A DNA stretch of 52,331 bases from Candidatus Omnitrophota bacterium (GTDB lineage Bacteria; Omnitrophota; Gorgyraeia; Aquiviventales; Aquiviventaceae): NCBI GenBank assembly GCA_016193175.1, contig JACPSR010000142.1, positions 1-52,331 on the forward strand. Reading direction: 5' to 3'. Positions 38,266-48,932 of this stretch are shown one piece after another. Numbering within the stretch: position 1 is the first letter of the stretch; the number at the start of each line of letters is the position of its first letter. The notes under the pieces are model-generated. The model saw only the letters and a program-made list of their open reading frames with translations. It searched no databases and had not been told where the DNA came from. The translations under genes and the position numbers were made by a program.

Positions 38266-39305
38266 ACAAGGCCCTGATTACCGGCGTCACCGGTCAAGAC
38301 GGCTCGTATTTGGCGGAATTGCTGTTACGCAAGGGATATGAGGTGCATGGCGTGATCCGCCGCTCAAGCGCGATTGCGATCCCGCGAGTCATTCATCTCT
38401 ATCAGGATCCCCACGAGGTTCTCGACGTGCGTTTTCACATGCATTATGGGGATATGTCGGATGGCAGTGTCATCAATCAGCTGATTAAGACCATCAGGCC
38501 CGATGAAGTGTATCACTTGGCCGCGCAAAGCCATGTGCGCGTGAGTTTCGACATTCCGGAATATACGGGAGATATCACGGCCCTCGGCGCCACGCGCGTG
38601 TTGGATGCCATCCGCAACTGCGGGTATCCGATCAAGTTTTACCAAGCCTCCTCATCGGAGATGTTCGGGCAGGCCGTGGAAACTCCCCAAACGGAGACCA
38701 CGCCCTTGCGCCCGCGCAGCCCCTACGCCTGCGCCAAGGCGTACGCCTATTGGTTGACGGTCAATTATCGGGAAGCGTATGGCATGTTTGCGGTCAACGG
38801 GATTCTGTTTAATCACGAGTCTCCTCGGCGCGGCGAGACCTTTGTAAGCCGCAAAATCACGCGCGGCATTGCCCGAATCAAGGCGGGCCTGGACAAAAAA
38901 ATCTATTTGGGCAATGTGAAGGCGAGGAGAGACTGGGGTTACGCTCCCGATTACGTGGAGGCCATGTGGAGGATGCTGCAACAGGACACACCCGATGATT
39001 ATGTGATCGCAACGGGAGAGTCCCATTCCGTTGAAGAGTTTCTGACCGAGGCGTTCAAGCACGCCGGCCTCGGTGACTGGCGGCCGTATGTGGAGATTGA
39101 TCCCCGGTATTTTCGTCCCACCGAAGTGGATCATCTGGTCGGCGATGCCTCCAAAGCTGAGCGGATGTTGGGCTGGAAGCCCACCGTCACCTTTCAGGAA
39201 TTGGTGGCGATCATGGTGGACGCTGATCTGAAGGCCCATGGGGTGTTGCGCAGACCTCGCAGGAGGCCCGCGCGTGTGAAGCCCCTGGAGACGGCGGTCC
39301 GATGA
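38262..39305 (+). CDS. gmd: GDP-mannose 4,6-dehydratase
   Basis: [48 protein letters not shown]. Confidence 0.95.
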   Translation: MNKALITGVTGQDGSYLAELLLRKGYEVHGVIRRSSAIAIPRVIHLYQDPHEVLDVRFHMHYGDMSDGSVINQLIKTIRPDEVYHLAAQSHVRVSFDIPEYTGDITALGATRVLDAIRNCGYPIKFYQASSSEMFGQAVETPQTETTPLRPRSPYACAKAYAYWLTVNYREAYGMFAVNGILFNHESPRRGETFVSRKITRGIARIKAGLDKKIYLGNVKARRDWGYAPDYVEAMWRMLQQDTPDDYVIATGESHSVEEFLTEAFKHAGLGDWRPYVEIDPRYFRPTEVDHLVGDASKAERMLGWKPTVTFQELVAIMVDADLKAHGVLRRPRRRPARVKPLETAVR

Positions 39306-41431
39306 GGCGAGGGCTCGGGGCAACGGTCGAGGAAGATCGGCCTAAGGGATCGTCGGCAACCTCTTCCGGCAGCCTGGAGAAGCCCGAGGTCCTGAGACTG
39401 TACCGGAAGCTGATGCTGGCGCGTCGGGCAGAAGAGCGGATCCGGCAGGAGTACGGGAAGGACGAGATGAAGACGCCGGTCCACCTCGGGATTGGCCAGG
39501 AGGCGATCCCCGCGGGGGTCTGCTCTGCCGTACCGCCAGGGACGACCTTCTTCGGCACCTACCGCAACCACGCGTTGTTCCTCGCACTGACCGAGGATAG
39601 CGACAGGTTGTTTGGCGAGCTCTACGGCAAGGTCACCGGGACAGCCAAGGGCAAGGCGGGATCCATGCACTTGGGGGCTCCTGCGGATGGTCTGATGGCC
39701 ACGTCGGCGGTGGTTGGGACGACGATCCCGGTGGCTGTGGGCGTGGCCTTGGCGAATCAGTATCGGCAGTCGGATGCGCTGGTGGTGAGCTTCTTTGGTG
39801 ATGGAGCCGTGGAGGAAGGCGTCTTCTGGGAGAGCTTCAACTTTGCGTGTCTCAAGAAGCTGCGGCTCTTGTTCGTGTGCGAGGATAATGGACTGGCGAT
39901 TCATACCCCGGCCGACCAGCGACAGGGGTTTCGATCTCTTCCTGAAGCGGCGAGGGGATTTCACTGCCATGTCGCCAGTGGTGATGGAAGCGACCTGTTG
40001 AGTGTCGTGGCTCTGACGCGGCAGATGCTTGAACGGATGGCGAAGGAGGTGCGTCCAGGACTGCTGCATTTCACCTATTTCCGATTCCTTGAGCACGTGG
40101 GTCCTCGCGAGGATTTCGATGCGGGCTACCGTCCGCGGCCCTCTGATGAAGAACGCCAGCGGCTCGATCCGGTCACCCGCCTGGAGCGCGCCTTATGCCA
40201 GAGCGGATGCCGCCCTGAGGAGTTGGCTGTTATTCGAAAGGCCGTGGAGGAACAGCTTGAGCGTAGTGTCCGTTCAGCCCGCGCAGCCCCGTTTGCTCCC
40301 GAGGAGGAGCTCATCCGCGATGTGTTTTCCGTCGACGGCCAGCCATCTGCCACGGACATCCGACCGCCCAGATGTCCTGGCCGTGGCGAGCCGAAGCAGG
40401 TCCTGTCGTTTCGCCGCGCCATTAACCTTGCGCTGGAGCACGAGATGGACGACGATCCCACCGTCTTCGTGTTTGGACTGGATGTGCCTGACCACAAGCG
40501 GATCTACGGCAGTACGAGAGGGCTTGTGGAGCGCTTCGGCCCCAGGCGCTGCTTCGGCACGCCGCTGTCTGAGGACGCGATGACCGGTGTCGCGTTGGGT
40601 GCGGCGATCTCCGGGCTGCGTCCGGTGCACGTCCACATCCGGGTGGACTTCCTGCTGTTAGCCATGAACCAGATTGCGAACATGGTGTCCACCTTGCGCT
40701 ATATGAGCGGCGGAACCCTGCGGATTCCGTTGGTGATCCGCGCGGTGATCGGGCGCGGCTGGGGTCAATCCGCGCAGCATAGCAAATCGCTGCACAGTGT
40801 CTTTGCGCATCTGCCCGGCTTAAAAGTCGTCATGCCGGCCTCTCCTCAAGATGCGTATAGCCTCTTGCGGGCGTCAATTCGTGACGACAATCCCGTCATC
40901 TTCCTCGAACACCGGTGGCTCTACGATGTCGAGGGGGAGGTGGATGAGGGGCACGTCGCGCCGCTTGAATCCTCGCTCGTTCGGCGCGCGGGCAAGGACG
41001 TGACCGCCGTCTGTACGTCGTGGATGGTGATTGAGGCGATGAAAGCCGCTGAGGTGCTTGCGAGGCGAGGCATTGAGCTTGAGGTCATCGATGTGCGGAC
41101 CATTACGCCCCTCGATGAGCAGACGATTGTCGACTCCGTGAAGAAGACCCGACGCTGCGTGGTCGCGGACTACGACTGGGTCTTCTGCGGCTTCAGCGCC
41201 GAGATCGCCGCGCTCGTCGGCGCCCGATGTTTTGGGGAGCTGGCGCAACCGATTGAGCGGCTCGGATTTGCCCATGTGCCATGCCCGACGACGCGCCCGC
41301 TGGAGAATCTGTTTTACCCCTCGGCCGTGACCATCATCCGCACGGTCGAGCGGATGCTTGAATTGGAGGAAGCCGATGTCACGGGCGAGTCGTTCTACAG
41401 CTACGAGCAGCGGTTCAAGGGGCCGTTTTGA
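39302..41431 (+). CDS. Fused TPP-dependent 2-oxoacid dehydrogenase E1 alpha/beta-like protein
   Basis: [24 protein letters not shown]; then [21 protein letters not shown]. Confidence 0.9.
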   Translation: MRRGLGATVEEDRPKGSSATSSGSLEKPEVLRLYRKLMLARRAEERIRQEYGKDEMKTPVHLGIGQEAIPAGVCSAVPPGTTFFGTYRNHALFLALTEDSDRLFGELYGKVTGTAKGKAGSMHLGAPADGLMATSAVVGTTIPVAVGVALANQYRQSDALVVSFFGDGAVEEGVFWESFNFACLKKLRLLFVCEDNGLAIHTPADQRQGFRSLPEAARGFHCHVASGDGSDLLSVVALTRQMLERMAKEVRPGLLHFTYFRFLEHVGPREDFDAGYRPRPSDEERQRLDPVTRLERALCQSGCRPEELAVIRKAVEEQLERSVRSARAAPFAPEEELIRDVFSVDGQPSATDIRPPRCPGRGEPKQVLSFRRAINLALEHEMDDDPTVFVFGLDVPDHKRIYGSTRGLVERFGPRRCFGTPLSEDAMTGVALGAAISGLRPVHVHIRVDFLLLAMNQIANMVSTLRYMSGGTLRIPLVIRAVIGRGWGQSAQHSKSLHSVFAHLPGLKVVMPASPQDAYSLLRASIRDDNPVIFLEHRWLYDVEGEVDEGHVAPLESSLVRRAGKDVTAVCTSWMVIEAMKAAEVLARRGIELEVIDVRTITPLDEQTIVDSVKKTRRCVVADYDWVFCGFSAEIAALVGARCFGELAQPIERLGFAHVPCPTTRPLENLFYPSAVTIIRTVERMLELEEADVTGESFYSYEQRFKGPF

Positions 41432-41480
41432 GGAGTCGGGATCATGACGGGTGAAGCGTTCATCCAGGAGCCGTTGACCG

Positions 41481-42497
41481 ATGGCTAAGCGGGACAAGAT
41501 TCGCCGCGCGCTGATCACGGGCATGGCTGGATCGGGCGGCAGTTACTTGGCTGAGCACATCGTGGAAGATCATCCTGAGGTTGAGATCCATGGGATTTCC
41601 CGCTGGCACAGTACGACGGCAGCTCAGAATTTGGCACGGGTGCGGGATCGGGTGGTACTCCATGAGTGTGATCTGACCGATTTTAGTTCGGTGTTTTCGA
41701 TCCTCCGCTCCGTCCAGCCCGACGTGGTCTTCCATCTGGCCTCGCACGCGAACGTTCGGGCCTCGTTCCTCACACCGCTCTCCGTCATACAGAACAACGT
41801 CTTGGGCACCGCCAATCTCTTGGAAGCAGTTCGCCTGGCTGGCACGAATCCGGTCATTCAAATCTGCAGCACTTCGGAAGTCTATGGCCAAGTCGATCCA
41901 AAGGACGTGCCCATTGCAGAGGAGGCGCCCTTCAGACCGGCGAGCCCTTATGCGGTCTCCAAAGCGGTACAGGATCTGTTGGGGATGGCGTACTTTAGGA
42001 GCTACCGGATGCCGATCGTCGTCACGCGGATGTTTGCCTATTTGAATCCCCGACGAACCGACTTGTTCGCGACCTCGTTTGCCAAACAGATCGCGATGAT
42101 TGAATGCGGCCTCCAGGATGAGCTCGTCCATGGCAATTTGGACTCGATCCGGACGTTGATTGATGTCCGGGATGCGATGGTGGCCTACTGGGAAGCGGTG
42201 GTCCATTGTGAACCAGGCGAGGCGTACAACATCGGCGGGACGACGACGATCAGCGTCGGGAAGTTTTTGGAGCTGCTCGTCAAGCGGAGTCGCGTGCCCA
42301 TTCGCACGCGGCTTGACCCAAACCTCCTGCGCCCGGCCGATGTCACGCTCCAAATCCCTCGAGTGGACAAGTTCACGCGGGCCACGGGATGGGCCCCTCG
42401 GTATTCGTTCGAGGAGAGTGTGGAGTTCCTGCTCTCCTACTGGCGGAGCCAGGTGGAACAGTTCGTGCATGAGACCCGCACGGTGTTGAGTCCATAA
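41481..42497 (+). CDS. GDP-sugar 4,6-dehydratase/reductase (DmhA/WcbK- or Rmd-like)
   Basis: TSEVYG, SPYAVSK, SFAKQIAMIE.G, GNLDSIRT..DVRD. Confidence 0.8.
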   Translation: MAKRDKIRRALITGMAGSGGSYLAEHIVEDHPEVEIHGISRWHSTTAAQNLARVRDRVVLHECDLTDFSSVFSILRSVQPDVVFHLASHANVRASFLTPLSVIQNNVLGTANLLEAVRLAGTNPVIQICSTSEVYGQVDPKDVPIAEEAPFRPASPYAVSKAVQDLLGMAYFRSYRMPIVVTRMFAYLNPRRTDLFATSFAKQIAMIECGLQDELVHGNLDSIRTLIDVRDAMVAYWEAVVHCEPGEAYNIGGTTTISVGKFLELLVKRSRVPIRTRLDPNLLRPADVTLQIPRVDKFTRATGWAPRYSFEESVEFLLSYWRSQVEQFVHETRTVLSP

Positions 42498-42741
42498 TGC
42501 GTATTTTCGTGACCGGGGGGGCAGGGTCCACCCCGCCCCTCATTCGACCCCGCCGTCGGGCCACGGCCTGCGGCCGTGGGCCCGTCGCTTCAGCGAGCGG
42601 GTGGGCGCGGGATGTCGCCCCACGCGGGGCGTGGTCTCGGGTGCCACGGGCTCTGCCCGTGGGGCTCCACTCGGTGGTAAGGTGGCGGTGTGTATTTCAG
42701 CACGTGGGCCTCATCGCATTGTCGTGAAGGAGCTCGCATGA
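42497..42741 (+). pseudogene. Truncated SDR epimerase 5' remnant interrupted by a hairpin repeat
   Basis: MRIFVTGGAG before the insert and LGGKVAVCISARGPHRIVV after it rebuild a Rossmann beta-alpha-beta start. Confidence 0.6.
42526..42670. repeat. Hairpin-rich REP / IS200-IS605-end-like element
   Basis: Stems CCACGGCC-TGC-GGCCGTGG, CGCCCC-ACGC-GGGGCG, CCACGGGC-TCT-GCCCGTGG; TCCAC at both ends. Confidence 0.65.
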
Positions 42742-43670
42742 AGATTCTCGTCACTGGAGGGGCGGGGTACATCGGCTCAGTGCTCGTGCCGACACTGTTG
42801 GCGCAGGGGCATGACGTCACCGTAGTCGACAATTTTCTGTATGAGCAAAGCGCGCTGTTGGACTGCTGCCATTACCCGACGCTATCGATCGTCAGGGGCG
42901 ATGCCCGCGACCGCAGCGTGATCGCCGAGTGCCTGCGGTCGGCCGATGCGATTCTTCCGCTGGCGTGTCTGACCGGAGCGCCGCTGTGCGATCGAGATCC
43001 CTTGGAAGCGAAAAGCGTGAATCTCGATGCCATCCAGATGCTCCTGGAGCTGCGCAGCCGCACCCAGCGCATTATCTTCCCCACGACCAACAGCGGCTAC
43101 GGCATCGGGCAGGAGGGCATCTATTGCACGGAGACGACACCGCTGCGCCCCGTCTCGACGTACGGACGATTAAAGGTGGACGCTGAGCGCATGATCCTTG
43201 AGGCCGGCAACAGCGTGACCTTGCGGTTGGCAACGGTCTTCGGCGTCAGCCCGCGGATGCGCCTGGATCTCTTGGTCAACGATTTCGTTTACCGAGCCGT
43301 GACGGATGGCTTCGTCGTGCTGTTCCAGGGGCATTTCAAGCGCAACTACATCCATGTGCGTGACGTAGCACGAGTCTTCCTCCATGTCCTGACGAAGTTC
43401 GATGCGATGCAGGGTCAGCCGTACAACGTCGGCCTCAGCGATGCCAACCTCTCGAAGCGGGAGCTGTGCGAAGAGATTAAGAAGCAAGTTCCGCACTTCT
43501 ATTTCACCGAGGCCGAGATCGGCGAAGACCCGGATCAACGCAACTATCTCGTCAGCAATGAGAAGATCGAGCGGACCGGCTTCACCCCGCAGATTGCTCT
43601 GCAGGAGGGGATTGCGGAGCTGATCAAGGGCTACCAGGTCGTGCGGCGGTATGGCTATGCCAACGTGTGA
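42738..43670 (+). CDS. NAD-dependent epimerase/dehydratase
   Basis: GGAGYIGS, PTTNSGYG, YGRLK, RLATVFG.SPRMRLDLLVNDF. Confidence 0.9.
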   Translation: MKILVTGGAGYIGSVLVPTLLAQGHDVTVVDNFLYEQSALLDCCHYPTLSIVRGDARDRSVIAECLRSADAILPLACLTGAPLCDRDPLEAKSVNLDAIQMLLELRSRTQRIIFPTTNSGYGIGQEGIYCTETTPLRPVSTYGRLKVDAERMILEAGNSVTLRLATVFGVSPRMRLDLLVNDFVYRAVTDGFVVLFQGHFKRNYIHVRDVARVFLHVLTKFDAMQGQPYNVGLSDANLSKRELCEEIKKQVPHFYFTEAEIGEDPDQRNYLVSNEKIERTGFTPQIALQEGIAELIKGYQVVRRYGYANV

Positions 43671-43676
43671 AATGAC

Positions 43677-43791
43677 ATTGCGGATTGCGAATTGCGTCCA
43701 CCAAACTGATTGGCGGATCCGCCATGCACGGTGGCGGAGACTGCGGATTGAAAAACCCCAAATCCGAAATCCGCAATCCGAAATCCGAAAT
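43677..43791. repeat. Inverted heptamer tandem arrays with nested hairpins
   Basis: ATTGCGG/ATTGCGA units on the left, AATCCGA/AATCCGC units on the right, with TTGGCGGA-TCCGCCA...TGGCGGA inside. Confidence 0.8.
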
Positions 43792-43802
43792 GAGAGGATG
43801 GC

Positions 43803-45323
43803 ATGAGTCAAGCGAAGCTCGACGCGGTTCTGATCAATCCGGGTGGTCGGTCACGAATCTACCAAGCCCTCGGCTTGGCACTCACCGCCATCGAGCCGCC
43901 CGTGTGGGCGGGTCTGATGGCGACGTTCGTGCGGCGGCGCGGCCACTCCGTGACCATCATTGATGCTGAAGCCGAAGAGCTGACGCCGGAGGAGGTCGCC
44001 GCGCGGATCGAAGCGCTCTCGCCGCTGTTGGCCGCCGTGGTCGTCTATGGCCATCAGCCCTCCGCCTCGACGCAGAACATGACCGGGGCAAGCGCCATCT
44101 GCATGGCGATCAAGCAGCGCACGCCCACCCAACACGTGTTGCTCGTCGGCGGCCACGTGGCGGCACTGCCTGAGCGCACGCTGCGAGAGGAAGCTGTGGA
44201 CTTCGTGTGCAGCGGAGAAGGGCCGGTCACGCTCCTCGAACTCCTCGAGGCGCTCAAGGCCAACGGCTGCGGAGACCTCAGCAAGGTTCGTGGACTGTGG
44301 TATCGGAAGGACGGCGAGATTCAGTGGAATCCGGCCGCTCCATTGGTGAAGGATCTGGATGGCGAAATGCCCGGCATGGCATGGGACCTGCTGCCCATGG
44401 AGAAGTACCGGGCGCACAACTGGCACGCGCTCGACGGCCTGCAGCGTCAGCCCTACGCCAGCCTCTATACGACTATTGGGTGCCCGTTCCACTGCCAATT
44501 CTGCTGCATTCAAGCTCCGTTCAAGAGCGGCGAGAAGGAACTCGGCTACAAGGCGAGCACGAACAGCTACCGCTTCTGGAGTCCCCAGACGGTCATCGCG
44601 CAGCTCGATACGCTGGTGACCCGCTACGGTGTCCGGAATATCAAAATCGCCGATGAGATGTTCGTGCTCCACCCCAAGCATGTCCTCGGCATCTGCGAAG
44701 CGATCATCGAGCGCGGCTATGACCTGAACATCTGGGCGTACGCACGCGTGGATACCGTGCGGGATGACATGGTGGACAAGCTGAAGCGGGCCGGCTTCAA
44801 TTGGCTGGCGTTCGGCATCGAGGCCGCGAACGAGCGCGTCCGCAACGATGTCCAAAAAGGCTTCGACCAAGACGATATCTTCCGGACGATCAGCCGGGTA
44901 CGCGAGGCAGGCATCAACGTGATCGGCAACTACATCTTCGGGTTGCCGGAGGACGACCTGCAGACGATGCAGGAAACGCTGGATCTGGCCCTGGAGCTCA
45001 ACTGCGAGTTCGCCAACCTGTATAGCACCATGGCCTATCCGGGCAGCGCGTTGTATGAACTGGCGCTCAAAGAGGGCTGGCCGCTGCCCGAACGATGGTC
45101 CGGCTACTCCCAGCATGCGGTGGACACCCTGCCGCTGCCGACGAAGCACATTTCTGGCGCCGAGGTGCTGCGCTTCCGCGACCACGCCTTCCAGATCTAC
45201 TTCAGCAGCCCGCGGTATCTCGAGATGGTCGAGCGGAAGTTCGGCCCTGAGACGGTAGCTCATGTGAAGGAGATGGCGTCTCACAAGCTTGAGCGACAGT
45301 ACGCCGAGGAATCACGGACATGA
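43803..45323 (+). CDS. B12-binding radical SAM protein
   Basis: EPPVW, VGGH, GEGP, GCPFHCQFC, ADEMF, GIE, GLPED, YPGS. Confidence 0.9.
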   Translation: MSQAKLDAVLINPGGRSRIYQALGLALTAIEPPVWAGLMATFVRRRGHSVTIIDAEAEELTPEEVAARIEALSPLLAAVVVYGHQPSASTQNMTGASAICMAIKQRTPTQHVLLVGGHVAALPERTLREEAVDFVCSGEGPVTLLELLEALKANGCGDLSKVRGLWYRKDGEIQWNPAAPLVKDLDGEMPGMAWDLLPMEKYRAHNWHALDGLQRQPYASLYTTIGCPFHCQFCCIQAPFKSGEKELGYKASTNSYRFWSPQTVIAQLDTLVTRYGVRNIKIADEMFVLHPKHVLGICEAIIERGYDLNIWAYARVDTVRDDMVDKLKRAGFNWLAFGIEAANERVRNDVQKGFDQDDIFRTISRVREAGINVIGNYIFGLPEDDLQTMQETLDLALELNCEFANLYSTMAYPGSALYELALKEGWPLPERWSGYSQHAVDTLPLPTKHISGAEVLRFRDHAFQIYFSSPRYLEMVERKFGPETVAHVKEMASHKLERQYAEESRT

Positions 45324-46366
45324 TCATTAGTCGAACGCCATTCCGTATCTCGTTTTTTGGCGGGGGGACGGACTACCCGGTGTGGTATCGAGAACACGGC
45401 GGGGCGGTGCTGGCCACGACCATCAACAAGTACTGCTACATCACGTGCCGCTGGTTGCCGCCGTTCTTTGAGCATCGGAGTCGCATCGTGTACTCCAAGG
45501 TGGAAACGGTGGCCTCCAACGGCCAGATCGAGCACCCCGCCGTGCGGGGCGTCCTGCAGTTCCTCCAGATCGAGCGGGGGGTGGAGGTCCATCACGACGG
45601 GGACCTCCCGGCGCGGACGGGCCTTGGATCCAGCTCGTCCTTCACCGTCGGGCTGCTGCATGCCCTGTACGGGCTGAAGGGGATCATGCCCAGCAAGCCT
45701 CAGTTGGCCCGTGATGCGACCTACATGGAACAGGAGCTCCTCAAAGAGCATGTCGGATCGCAGGACCAGATCATGGCGGCATTCGGCGGGTTCAACCGGA
45801 TCGATTTCTCCACTGATGGATCGTTTCGCGTCTCGCCTGTCATCCTTGACGAGGAGCGCCTCGCCCTGTTGGAGGATCACCTGATGCTGGTCTTCACGGG
45901 GCTCTCCCGCACCGCCTCGGAGATCGCGGCGGCCCAGGTGGAGGCCATCCCCGAGAAGCGACGGCAGCTGCATGCCATGTGCGGGATGGTCGAGGAAGCG
46001 ATGCGTCTCCTCCAAGGCCGAGACGATCTGGAGCGGTTCGGCCGGCTCCTCCATGAGGGGTGGCTGCTCAAACGGAGCCTCACGAACCGGATTTCCACGC
46101 CGTTGATCGATGAGCTCTATGAGGCCTCGCGGCGTGCGGGCGCTCTCGGCGGTAAACTCCTGGGGGCAGGCGGTGGGGGATTCCTGTTACTCTTCGTCAG
46201 ACCGGAGGAGCAGGCGCAGGTGAGGCAGGCTCTCGGCGGTCTGTTGCATGTTCCGTTTCGTGTTGAGCACTCCGGCAGCCGGGTGATCTTCTACGAGCCG
46301 GAAGCGGTTCCCACACCTCCTCCGAAGGAAGCACGACTGATGAGCGTGGCGGTCAACCGGACCTAA
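45320..46366 (+). CDS. hddA: D-glycero-alpha-D-manno-heptose-7-phosphate kinase (GHMP family)
   Basis: RTPFRISFFGGGTD, PARTGLGSSS, GSQDQ, GKLLGAGGGGF. Confidence 0.85.
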   Translation: MIISRTPFRISFFGGGTDYPVWYREHGGAVLATTINKYCYITCRWLPPFFEHRSRIVYSKVETVASNGQIEHPAVRGVLQFLQIERGVEVHHDGDLPARTGLGSSSSFTVGLLHALYGLKGIMPSKPQLARDATYMEQELLKEHVGSQDQIMAAFGGFNRIDFSTDGSFRVSPVILDEERLALLEDHLMLVFTGLSRTASEIAAAQVEAIPEKRRQLHAMCGMVEEAMRLLQGRDDLERFGRLLHEGWLLKRSLTNRISTPLIDELYEASRRAGALGGKLLGAGGGGFLLLFVRPEEQAQVRQALGGLLHVPFRVEHSGSRVIFYEPEAVPTPPPKEARLMSVAVNRT

Positions 46367-46370
46367 CCCC

Positions 46371-48230
46371 ATGGATGAAACGGCTTCTGATCAGCTCGCG
46401 TTGAAAGAGTTCGGCACGATTCGGTTCTGCTGGCGGATGGCCGCCCGGCGTTACCCAAAGGAGTTGGCGACCCTCTTGTGTCTGGTGGTGGGAGGAGCCC
46501 TGCTGGAAGTCGTGACGGTGGGCCTGACGGTGCCGCTGTTGGATTCGGTGACGCATGCGGAGGGTGCCGCGCAGCCGGGTGCCATCGTAGCCTTTGTCAG
46601 CAGGACGTTGCAGGCGGCGGGGGTGGTCCCGACGAGCGGGGTCGTGGCCTTTGCCCTGCTGGGGATTGCGGGCGTGTTCTTTGTGGTCTGGGGCATCGTG
46701 ACGCTGCTGAACCTGCACTACACGGCAGCGATTGCCGTGAAGCTGAGGCGGATCGCCAAGGCCGACCTCTTTGGGCAATTTCTGCATGCGCGGTATGAGC
46801 CGATGTCCCGGCGGGCGCGCGGCACGGTGGTCAACGATATCAATGCGCCAGGGGACTCCTTGGCCGGTGTGATGACGCAACTCGGCAGCCTGCTGACGAA
46901 TGTGTTCAACAGCCTTCTGCTCCTGGGGTTACTCATGTATCTGTCGTGGGGCGCTACGCTCCTCATCGGCATCCTGGCCATCGGAGGTGTCCACGGGTGG
47001 CGGCGGTACGCCGACCATCGGGCGGCGGTCCACGGTCGCGCCCTGTACGACTTACGGGGCGCGCAACATCAACTGCAGGTCGATGCCATTGATGGACTCA
47101 AGGTCGTCAAGGCCCATGGCCTTGAGGACCGGATGGTCAAGCGGCAAGACGATTTGCTGGCTCGGGAGCTGAGACCCGAGTTGCAGCTCGTGTGGTTCAG
47201 GAACGGGCCGACCTTGATGAATGAATTGATTGCCGTCACGATTGTGCTGGGACTTGGCGCTGCCACGTTTCTCTGGCCGTCACTCGGCATTCGCTTCTCG
47301 ATGCTTGGCGCCTTCCTGTTCGCGATCCGTCGGCTGGCCCCCTCGCTGGCCGCCATCAACAAAGCCAGCGTTGAGCTGAGCCGGTACCGGCGGACTCTCG
47401 AGGTGATCGAGGATGTCTTGGAACGACTCCCTCGAGAGCGACGCGGCGGGAAGGGCATTCACGAGGTGAGGGATATCCAGCTTGCCCGCGTGGGCTTTGC
47501 CTACGCCGCACGGCCCGATCATCGCGTTCTGGAGGACGTGACGGCGACGTTCCATCGGGGGATGGTCACGGCCATCGTCGGCTCAACAGGATCAGGGAAG
47601 AGCACGGTCGCCCATCTCTTGCTGGGGCTCTACGCGCCCTCGACCGGCTCCCTCCTGATCAATGGCATCGATCTGGGGCAGGTGGACCTGCGGGCGTGGA
47701 GGCAGCGGGTCGGCTATGTGCCGCAGGACATCTTCGTCTTCAATACCACCATCAGGGAGAACATCGCGCTCGGAGACGACGCGGTCTCTCTGGCTCAGGT
47801 TGAAGGGGCGGCGCGTCTGGCGCAGGTGCACGACTTTGTCATTTCGCTGCCTGATGGCTATGACACGGTGGTGGGGGATCGTGGGCTTCGGTTGTCGGGA
47901 GGCCAGTGCCAGCGTCTCGCGATTGCGCGGGCGATCCTCAGGCGGCCGGAGGTCCTGATCTTCGATGAAGCCACCAGTGCGTTGGACAACCTGACCGAGC
48001 GGGCCGTCTATGATGCGATGAGCACCCTGCAGGGTCATGCGACCATCATCGTCATCGCCCATCGACTGAGCACGATCCGGAGCGCCAGCCAGATCGTGTT
48101 CCTGGAGGGGGGACGAATCGTTGAAGTCGGCACCCATGACGCGCTGATGGGTCAGCGTGGGAAATACGCCAGGTTGTATGAGCAGGACGTGCGGACGCGG
48201 GTCGACGAGCCCGCGGCGTTGGGGTCGTAA
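46371..48230 (+). CDS. ABC half-transporter (MsbA/PglK-like), candidate glycolipid flippase
   Basis: N-terminal TM domain; GSTGSGKS, LSGGQCQR, DEATSALD, AHRLST. Confidence 0.92.
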   Translation: MDETASDQLALKEFGTIRFCWRMAARRYPKELATLLCLVVGGALLEVVTVGLTVPLLDSVTHAEGAAQPGAIVAFVSRTLQAAGVVPTSGVVAFALLGIAGVFFVVWGIVTLLNLHYTAAIAVKLRRIAKADLFGQFLHARYEPMSRRARGTVVNDINAPGDSLAGVMTQLGSLLTNVFNSLLLLGLLMYLSWGATLLIGILAIGGVHGWRRYADHRAAVHGRALYDLRGAQHQLQVDAIDGLKVVKAHGLEDRMVKRQDDLLARELRPELQLVWFRNGPTLMNELIAVTIVLGLGAATFLWPSLGIRFSMLGAFLFAIRRLAPSLAAINKASVELSRYRRTLEVIEDVLERLPRERRGGKGIHEVRDIQLARVGFAYAARPDHRVLEDVTATFHRGMVTAIVGSTGSGKSTVAHLLLGLYAPSTGSLLINGIDLGQVDLRAWRQRVGYVPQDIFVFNTTIRENIALGDDAVSLAQVEGAARLAQVHDFVISLPDGYDTVVGDRGLRLSGGQCQRLAIARAILRRPEVLIFDEATSALDNLTERAVYDAMSTLQGHATIIVIAHRLSTIRSASQIVFLEGGRIVEVGTHDALMGQRGKYARLYEQDVRTRVDEPAALGS

Positions 48231-48233
48231 CCG

Positions 48234-48932
48234 ATGGCGAGCGCTGGGACAAGCTCCATCCGAACACGACGGCCTTCCCGTGTGGCGGCCGGCCAGGCTT
48301 CGGCAACGACGACAGGAGAGGAACGCACATTCCTTCAGCAGTATGCGGCGCAATTTCAACGCCTCTGCCAGGGGTCCGAGCACTGGATGTCCGCGTTGAT
48401 CAGGGTGAAGGCCGTTCTGCTGGAAGCCTCACGCGCTGGGAAGAAGATCATCCTGGCCGGCAACGGGGGGAGTGCTGCCATCGCCAGTCACGTCGCGGTG
48501 GACTTAACCAAGAACGCGGGCATCCGGGCCGTGAACTTTAACGAGGCGGACCTCATTACCTGCTTCGCCAACGACTACGGCTATGAGCACTGGCTGGCCA
48601 AGGCCATTGAGTGCTACGGCGAGCCGGGTGATGTGCTGATCGCGGTGTCGTCCAGCGGACGGTCCCAAAACATGCTCGAGGCGTGCCATGCGGCCAGGCG
48701 GCGAGGCTTTGCGTCGATCGTGACCCTTTCCGGCTTCTCGTCGGAGAATCCGTTGCGCCAATTGGGCGATCATAACTTGTGGGTCGAGAGCAAGGCGTAC
48801 AATCTGGTGGAGTTGACACATCTCTTTTGGCTGCTGGCCCTCGTGGATCTGATCATCGGTCGAACCGAATATTCGGCCTCTCCTGGGAGCGCGGTCTCGT
48901 CATGCAGCGACCCACGCAGGCCGTCATCCTAG
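48234..48932 (+). CDS. gmhA: SIS-domain phosphoheptose isomerase
   Basis: GNGGSAAIASH, ANDYGY, SSSGRSQN. Confidence 0.8.
   Translation: MASAGTSSIRTRRPSRVAAGQASATTTGEERTFLQQYAAQFQRLCQGSEHWMSALIRVKAVLLEASRAGKKIILAGNGGSAAIASHVAVDLTKNAGIRAVNFNEADLITCFANDYGYEHWLAKAIECYGEPGDVLIAVSSSGRSQNMLEACHAARRRGFASIVTLSGFSSENPLRQLGDHNLWVESKAYNLVELTHLFWLLALVDLIIGRTEYSASPGSAVSSCSDPRRPSS

Noticed and set aside
39302-41431. Housekeeping pyruvate dehydrogenase
   Set aside because: No E2/E3 genes nearby and it overlaps gmd in a glycan operon.
43851-45284. Long antisense ORFs (also 22664-23836, 50079-51248, 19387-20424, 33695-34714, 41460-42470)
   Set aside because: Shadow frames of well-supported + strand genes in GC-rich DNA, with no recognisable motifs.
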